64,000 nucleotides of DNA from an uncultured virus (IMG/VR IMGVR_UViG_3300022660_003376) (Duplodnaviria > Heunggongvirae > Uroviricota > Caudoviricetes). The position numbers and the translations under genes were made by a program. Below, in pieces: positions 58,688 to 64,000 of this stretch. The notes beneath the pieces were generated by a model. That model was not told where the DNA came from, made no database searches, and was given only the letters and a program-made list of their open reading frames with translations. Location: the IMG/VR virus record IMGVR_UViG_3300022660_003376. The stretch is one strand, 5' to 3'. The stretch's first letter is position 1; every line of letters begins with the position of its first letter.

Positions 58688-61447
58688 ATGCATTTGGCAT
58701 TAATTTTTGGAGACAAAGGTAGTAAGGCTGAAGACAAGAGTCATAAGATTAGAAACATGTATAAAAGTAAACATGATGATATAGTTTGTGACTGCTACTC
58801 AAATATTCAGGATTACATAAAAAGCAGTGATGCAAGAAATATTGTGTATGATAGGGTTATACTACTTTCAACTGTCATAAGGCTTAGCATAGAAAGAGAC
58901 TATATCGATTTAGATTCTTACATCAAGAGAAATCCGTCAACAGTTTATGTGGTGATTGCCAGAGTCGATATTGATGATTCCTGTGTTCAGACATTTACAA
59001 GTATTGTAAGGTCAGCATCAATTGCGGTCATACCTGTACACAAAACAACAGGTCAGACATTTGAAGATGCTTTAAATTTTTCTATTACTGAAATAAATAG
59101 TCGATATAATTGTATAACTCAAACAAATATAGAGGTTGAGTATGAAACCTATGCTATGCCAGATTCACAGAGTACCACAGAACCCAAGGCAGAAACGGCT
59201 CAGAAAACAGAGGGTGCTGGTTCGTCTAAAAATAAGAAGTCTAAGAAAAAGAAGCGTCTTTTAGCACGTATCAAAGAGGCATATAAACTTGCAAAGCAAC
59301 AGCGTAAGTTGGAAGAGGAGCAGAAAGCAAGAGAGCAACAGCAGGTAGACAAGTCTATCTCAGAGGGTATGATTGCAGAACCTGTGGCGGAATTTGAGAC
59401 TGAGGAAACGGAAACTATCGCAGAATTTGAGACTGTAGAGGCGGAAGTTGAGGTTGCAGAAATGGAAACTGAAGAAATTTCGTCAAAAGTTGATATTTCT
59501 GAAAATGAAGATAGTTTTGATGAAAATGCTGTAGAAGAGCCCGAAGAAGCATCAGCTTCAATAGCTGATGAAGTTGAAATTTCCGAAGAGGTAGAAGGAG
59601 AAGAAACTAACGATTCAGAGGGTACTTCAATGGCAGTTGAAAATTCCGAGGTTGCTGATACAGGGGAATTTTCCGAAGAATTGACTGAAAATCACGATAT
59701 AAATGTCGATGTATCAAGTTGTGATGACGATGAAAACAACTCTGAAATTTCAACAGAAAATTCTAATGAAACTGAAGAAATTGCTGAAGAAGAGGATAGT
59801 TCTGCATCAGATTTACTTCCCGAAGAGCCAATCAGCTTTGAGGATATAGAAGTGGAAGATGCATCTGATTTCTTTAATAGAATTGCTGATGGTGAGGATT
59901 ACGAAGCAGACATAGAAACTGTAGACTTCGATATTGAAGATGTATCAGACGAAGAAGCACAGGGTACTGATACTGTCGAGCATATTAACGTTTCATTTGA
60001 TGGTGCTTTTGAGGAAGTCACGGTAGAAGATGTAGTTTCTGAGGCAAGTGAAGAAGAACTTGAAGTAAATGCTTCGGAAGCCACAGTTGAGACTATTGAA
60101 CCTGAAGTAAATCCTGCAGTAGTATCTAACGAAGAGTCGGATGTTGTAACTGAGACAACGGCAGTACCAGAAGAAACTGTATCTACAGAAGAACATGAAG
60201 AACATATAGTCGAGGAGATTAATACTACCGAGGAGACTATTCCTACTCCAGACCCTACAGTATCCAATGAAACTCCTAATACAAGGGGTACTGCAAGTTA
60301 TATTTCCGAGGAAGTCACTGACGTTATCGAGGATACATTCAGTATTTCCGACAATGGTACTGTAGAAGACATCTCAGATGACGAATTACTTATTTCAGAC
60401 TGCGAAGAGGTTGCAAGCACTAACTCTAGTGAAACTCCAACTTCTGAGCCCACAAAGCAAAAGAAAAAGGGTATCTCTGGCTTCTTTAAGAGACGCAACA
60501 AGCCTGTTGTTGCTCCAGCTGAGTCAGCTCCAGAGGTAAACAAACAAAATACTGGCGATGTTTCAGACAGCGAAAACAATGGTTATTCACCAGATGATGT
60601 TATCGAAGATATATTTGATTTTGATGGCATCGTAGATATGGATAAAGAGTATCAGCAGGAAGAGATAGTAAGAAACACAAGAATAGTTGAGAAGGTCATT
60701 GAAAAGCCTGTAGAGTCATCCAAAAGTGCAATAGAGCAGATAAAACAGGGTAGAGCCAAGAAAATCATTGTAGTTACAGGCTCTAGGGGTAGCGGTGTAA
60801 CTAGCGTGGCGTATGATATAGCTTTGTTTTTCACAAAATACTGTTCTGTGCTATATGTTGATGGGGATACAGAATTACATGGTTTATTGAACTATGTAGA
60901 CTATCAGCGTGTAGTAGATTACGAAGATATCAAGCTAAAGGGTATCGGTCTTTGTAAGAGTCTTGATGCTTTTCAGAATTGTGTTATAAGATTCGATAAA
61001 AACCTTGATTTATTATTATCTGACTATTTTGTAAAGACTACAGACGATGAGTACATTACGATGCAGAGTGTATTAACAGATATAGCTGTGTCAGGTGATT
61101 ATGGGGTAATTGTATGTGATATACCTATGTGTAAGCTTCATCTCTGTGAGGATTTGCTTATTGCAGGCACTACTGCTTTAGTTGTAGAAGCTTCACAGCG
61201 TGGTTACATGAATTTATGCTGTGATTTTGCAAATAGTGAGTTAAGAAACAAGTACAAGAAGACACTTGTTTCGAGAGGGTCTTTGGTACATACTAAGATT
61301 ACGGACAAGTTCAATGATAAGAACCTAAAGCGTTATGTTTCTCAAATCGTGGACTTTGAGGAGGGTGAGGCTAACTGGTTAGAGATGAAATCTCTTACTA
61401 AGAACGGTTCTATTGATGTGAAGTTTATAGAGGAATTGTTAGAATAA
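58688..61447 (+). CDS. Protein with receiver-like N-terminus, long acidic linker and C-terminal MinD/ParA-like domain
   Basis: IIVVTGSRGSGVTSVA, VLYVDGD, YGVIVCD at the C-terminus; more than 400 aa of Glu-rich low complexity. Confidence 0.7.
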   Translation: MHLALIFGDKGSKAEDKSHKIRNMYKSKHDDIVCDCYSNIQDYIKSSDARNIVYDRVILLSTVIRLSIERDYIDLDSYIKRNPSTVYVVIARVDIDDSCVQTFTSIVRSASIAVIPVHKTTGQTFEDALNFSITEINSRYNCITQTNIEVEYETYAMPDSQSTTEPKAETAQKTEGAGSSKNKKSKKKKRLLARIKEAYKLAKQQRKLEEEQKAREQQQVDKSISEGMIAEPVAEFETEETETIAEFETVEAEVEVAEMETEEISSKVDISENEDSFDENAVEEPEEASASIADEVEISEEVEGEETNDSEGTSMAVENSEVADTGEFSEELTENHDINVDVSSCDDDENNSEISTENSNETEEIAEEEDSSASDLLPEEPISFEDIEVEDASDFFNRIADGEDYEADIETVDFDIEDVSDEEAQGTDTVEHINVSFDGAFEEVTVEDVVSEASEEELEVNASEATVETIEPEVNPAVVSNEESDVVTETTAVPEETVSTEEHEEHIVEEINTTEETIPTPDPTVSNETPNTRGTASYISEEVTDVIEDTFSISDNGTVEDISDDELLISDCEEVASTNSSETPTSEPTKQKKKGISGFFKRRNKPVVAPAESAPEVNKQNTGDVSDSENNGYSPDDVIEDIFDFDGIVDMDKEYQQEEIVRNTRIVEKVIEKPVESSKSAIEQIKQGRAKKIIVVTGSRGSGVTSVAYDIALFFTKYCSVLYVDGDTELHGLLNYVDYQRVVDYEDIKLKGIGLCKSLDAFQNCVIRFDKNLDLLLSDYFVKTTDDEYITMQSVLTDIAVSGDYGVIVCDIPMCKLHLCEDLLIAGTTALVVEASQRGYMNLCCDFANSELRNKYKKTLVSRGSLVHTKITDKFNDKNLKRYVSQIVDFEEGEANWLEMKSLTKNGSIDVKFIEELLE

Positions 61448-61475
61448 GAATGTGGTAGTTTGGAGGAAAGTTTTT

Positions 61476-62747
61476 ATGAGAGCAATTGTGACAACAGACC
61501 AAGCAATACAGCTTAGGGAGTATGAAGGGTATACTATAGTTTCTTCTTTGAAGGAGTTATTTCGTTCAGACGTTACAGATATAGTATTACATACTCCTCA
61601 GGGTAAGCCTCAGGATATTGTATTGGATATCAGTGCTTTGATGAATAACAGACCGAATTTAAAATTGGTTTACATCAACGATAATCCCGTTTCTCTTTTG
61701 AGAATGGCTATAGACAGCTTAAATGGGGTATGCTTGACAAATACAGCCTGTTTGGAGTCTGCAGATGACCTTAACTCTTTGTTTGAGGATTATGCATTAG
61801 TTAATATTCAGGAGGCTACAATGTTGCACAACATTGAGGTACTTCAGAATTTTATAGGTGAGTTTATATCAAGTAACGGTAATGTATCATCTTATAACGT
61901 TACTTCAGCAAAAAGGGCTTTGACTCAGTTACGTGAGGAGGCTCATATACCCTTTGAACAGGCAAGAAAGATAGGTACTACGGCAATGGAAGTATTAAAT
62001 GAAACACAGGATTACCTTAGACAGCTGAATGAGCAGTATATAAAGTTACAGGAACAGCTTAAACTTTTAGAGGGTAAGCCGAAGCCTATAGCACCGTCAT
62101 TCACATCGGGCACTCTGTTTTATCCTACAGTTGAGATAAACAATATACCTTTAACTAAAATACTATATATTAAAGAGTATTCACCTTGCAGGTATTTAAC
62201 TTCATTTTTACTTGCTTACAGGAACTATTTAAATTATAAGCGTAATAAGAGAGTTAAGTTAGTATTTGTAATACAGAGAGGTACTTGCATTTCTAAGAGA
62301 TATGATTTTGCTACGATGATTTCACAGGAGTCTGCAAAAGATGCATCTTTATTTAAGAATGACATAATAGCTGTTAATGTTCCGCAGAAGCAGGTTATTG
62401 AAAGACTTCTTAATAAAGATGGTGGTAACTACGACATAGTTATTTTAGTAGACCGTCTTTACAGTGCGAATATTTTAAAAAGTTCACACAAGAACTTTAA
62501 GAAGCTAGATGCAATATCAGGCAAGAGTGATATTACCAGATACGGCTTAAATACATCAAATGTAATATTACCTCACATAAGTTTATCAGGCAAAGAATTT
62601 GGTTTCATACCTATTATTAAGTCATATCCTGCCGAGGATGAGAACAGCAGATATGTTGCATATCAGCATGCATGTGGCGAAAAGGGTGTTTTGGGTGATA
62701 AAGACAAGTCTTTATACGATAAACTTGATAGTTTAATCGGAATTTAG
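61476..62747 (+). CDS. Hypothetical protein with central coiled coil
   Basis: GGAGG before ATG 61476; receiver-like N-terminus, YDIVILVD in the C-terminal domain. Confidence 0.7.
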   Translation: MRAIVTTDQAIQLREYEGYTIVSSLKELFRSDVTDIVLHTPQGKPQDIVLDISALMNNRPNLKLVYINDNPVSLLRMAIDSLNGVCLTNTACLESADDLNSLFEDYALVNIQEATMLHNIEVLQNFIGEFISSNGNVSSYNVTSAKRALTQLREEAHIPFEQARKIGTTAMEVLNETQDYLRQLNEQYIKLQEQLKLLEGKPKPIAPSFTSGTLFYPTVEINNIPLTKILYIKEYSPCRYLTSFLLAYRNYLNYKRNKRVKLVFVIQRGTCISKRYDFATMISQESAKDASLFKNDIIAVNVPQKQVIERLLNKDGGNYDIVILVDRLYSANILKSSHKNFKKLDAISGKSDITRYGLNTSNVILPHISLSGKEFGFIPIIKSYPAEDENSRYVAYQHACGEKGVLGDKDKSLYDKLDSLIGI

Positions 62748-62762
62748 TTAGGGGGTTAATAG

Positions 62763-64000
62763 ATGTTATTTAGACACAAGAAAAGAACAGTACCAGCGAT
62801 AAAGTTATGGGATAAGATAGTTTCTTGTTGGTTAAGTAAGAATGATAGTACTCATGGTGAGTTACGTTCAGCACCATATTATATGGACATGAAGGGTATT
62901 TATAGTGGCGAGAATAACGTAACTTATGTTTACACAATAGACGGGTATCCTGCTGAGTTAGATATCTCATACAGGAGTTTGCTTCGAAGAGAGTGTAAGG
63001 ACGGGGTACGAATATCGTTCATAAGTACTTTTGACAGACATAGGATACAATGGACATCACCGCAGATGAAATCAAAGCTTCGTACATGGAGATTGCTTGA
63101 CTCTGATGGTGAAGGCGTAGATGCTTATAATATACATGATAACATGGCTATACTCGATAGTCAGGCAAGACGCCGTGAGAGTATAGAGTATCTTACAGAT
63201 GCAGAAATAAGAAGAAGGCGAAAAACCTTTAAGTTTAGAAGTATAATGCTTGTGTCTGGGCAAAGAGGTGATAATTTCAATGATACAATAAAGGAATTGA
63301 CTGAGACCTGTGATGCTATGGGTATAAAGCTAACTAGGGTACTGTTAAATATTCAGGATTATCTGAGTGTGTTTAGTCCGTTTAGTTTAGAGTTTAGTGG
63401 TGATGTGTTAAAGCAATGTGGTAGTAATGTACTTACAGACGAACTGCTTGCAAGGCTAAACACATACGCTCAGGGTACTATCGGTAAGAGAGGTGAGTAT
63501 TGGGGTACTGATATTTATTCATCGTTCCCTTGCTTTAAGGAAGCAAAGAAAACCGCTGAGTCAAATGAAAGTTGGTTGATAACTGCAGAAGCAGGCGGTG
63601 GTAAATCGTTTTTTGTTAAGTCTTTGTGCTTTCAGTTGCTTGCAAATAGTAAGTTTAACGGAACGATAATGGATATCGAAGGTTTTGAGTACATACCGAT
63701 GTCATCTTACTTATCCAATCACGATGACGTGGTAGTTTTAAACATGGCTGAGGGTAGTGGTGTATATTTTGACCCAGTTGAGATAATATTGACTGGAGAC
63801 AAGGATAACGATGAGGGTATGTATAGTTTAAGTACATCATTCACATTGTCAATATTTAAGGTATTGCTTGGAGGGCAGGAAGATGACTGGGTAGACATAG
63901 TTATCAACGATGCAGTAGCTTTAACATACAACAAGCAAGGTGTATTTCAGGAGGATATGAGTACATGGCACAAGTCAAGGGGGTTGACATTGTATGATGT
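62763..64000 (+). CDS. VirB4-like conjugative ATPase (partial, runs off the right edge)
   Basis: ORF MLFRHKKRTVPAIKLWDK... open to the window end; in-frame WLITAEAGGGKSFFVK (Walker A, about 63585), IMDIEGFEY and YFDPVEI match the VirB4 order of motifs; absent from the ORF track. Confidence 0.75.
   Translation, partial: MLFRHKKRTVPAIKLWDKIVSCWLSKNDSTHGELRSAPYYMDMKGIYSGENNVTYVYTIDGYPAELDISYRSLLRRECKDGVRISFISTFDRHRIQWTSPQMKSKLRTWRLLDSDGEGVDAYNIHDNMAILDSQARRRESIEYLTDAEIRRRRKTFKFRSIMLVSGQRGDNFNDTIKELTETCDAMGIKLTRVLLNIQDYLSVFSPFSLEFSGDVLKQCGSNVLTDELLARLNTYAQGTIGKRGEYWGTDIYSSFPCFKEAKKTAESNESWLITAEAGGGKSFFVKSLCFQLLANSKFNGTIMDIEGFEYIPMSSYLSNHDDVVVLNMAEGSGVYFDPVEIILTGDKDNDEGMYSLSTSFTLSIFKVLLGGQEDDWVDIVINDAVALTYNKQGVFQEDMSTWHKSRGLTLYD

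Noticed and set aside
1..64000. Jumbo phage assignment or alternative genetic code
   Set aside because: No virion or terminase genes recognised in this window; long ORFs tile the sequence under the standard code with TAA, TAG and TGA all used as stops

Overview
AT-rich, G>C-skewed 64 kb segment in which every credible gene lies on the + strand, with Bacillota-type signals (GGAGG ribosome-binding sites, perfect sigmaA promoters). There are no rRNA/tRNA genes, no CRISPR array, no recognisable virion genes and no chromosomal housekeeping operons. It reads as one arm of a very large, probably conjugative extrachromosomal element. Contents: (i) DNA-metabolism genes (UvrD/PcrA helicase, RecJ-like DHH nuclease, stand-alone 5'-3' exonuclease, DnaX clamp-loader subunit, tandem HU-like protein, possibly a decayed PolA); (ii) a Tad/Flp-type pilus operon with atypical pilins; (iii) an actin-like ParM with a downstream RHH (ParR-like) gene; (iv) the start of a Gram-positive-type T4SS region (four paralogous VirB2-like membrane proteins, a 1774-aa membrane protein, an NlpC/P60-type hydrolase and a VirB4-like ATPase that runs off the window and is missing from the ORF track); (v) many unknown, often very acidic proteins. 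The strongest unexplained DNA-level signals are a ~490-bp array of TTGAATTGA-like motifs in 21-bp phase, which recurs upstream of parM and uvrD, a strand-polarised GGGTAY motif that appears to be built into coding sequence by synonymous codon choice, and six near-identical extended -10 promoters. All protein family calls come from motifs recognised by eye, not from database searches.
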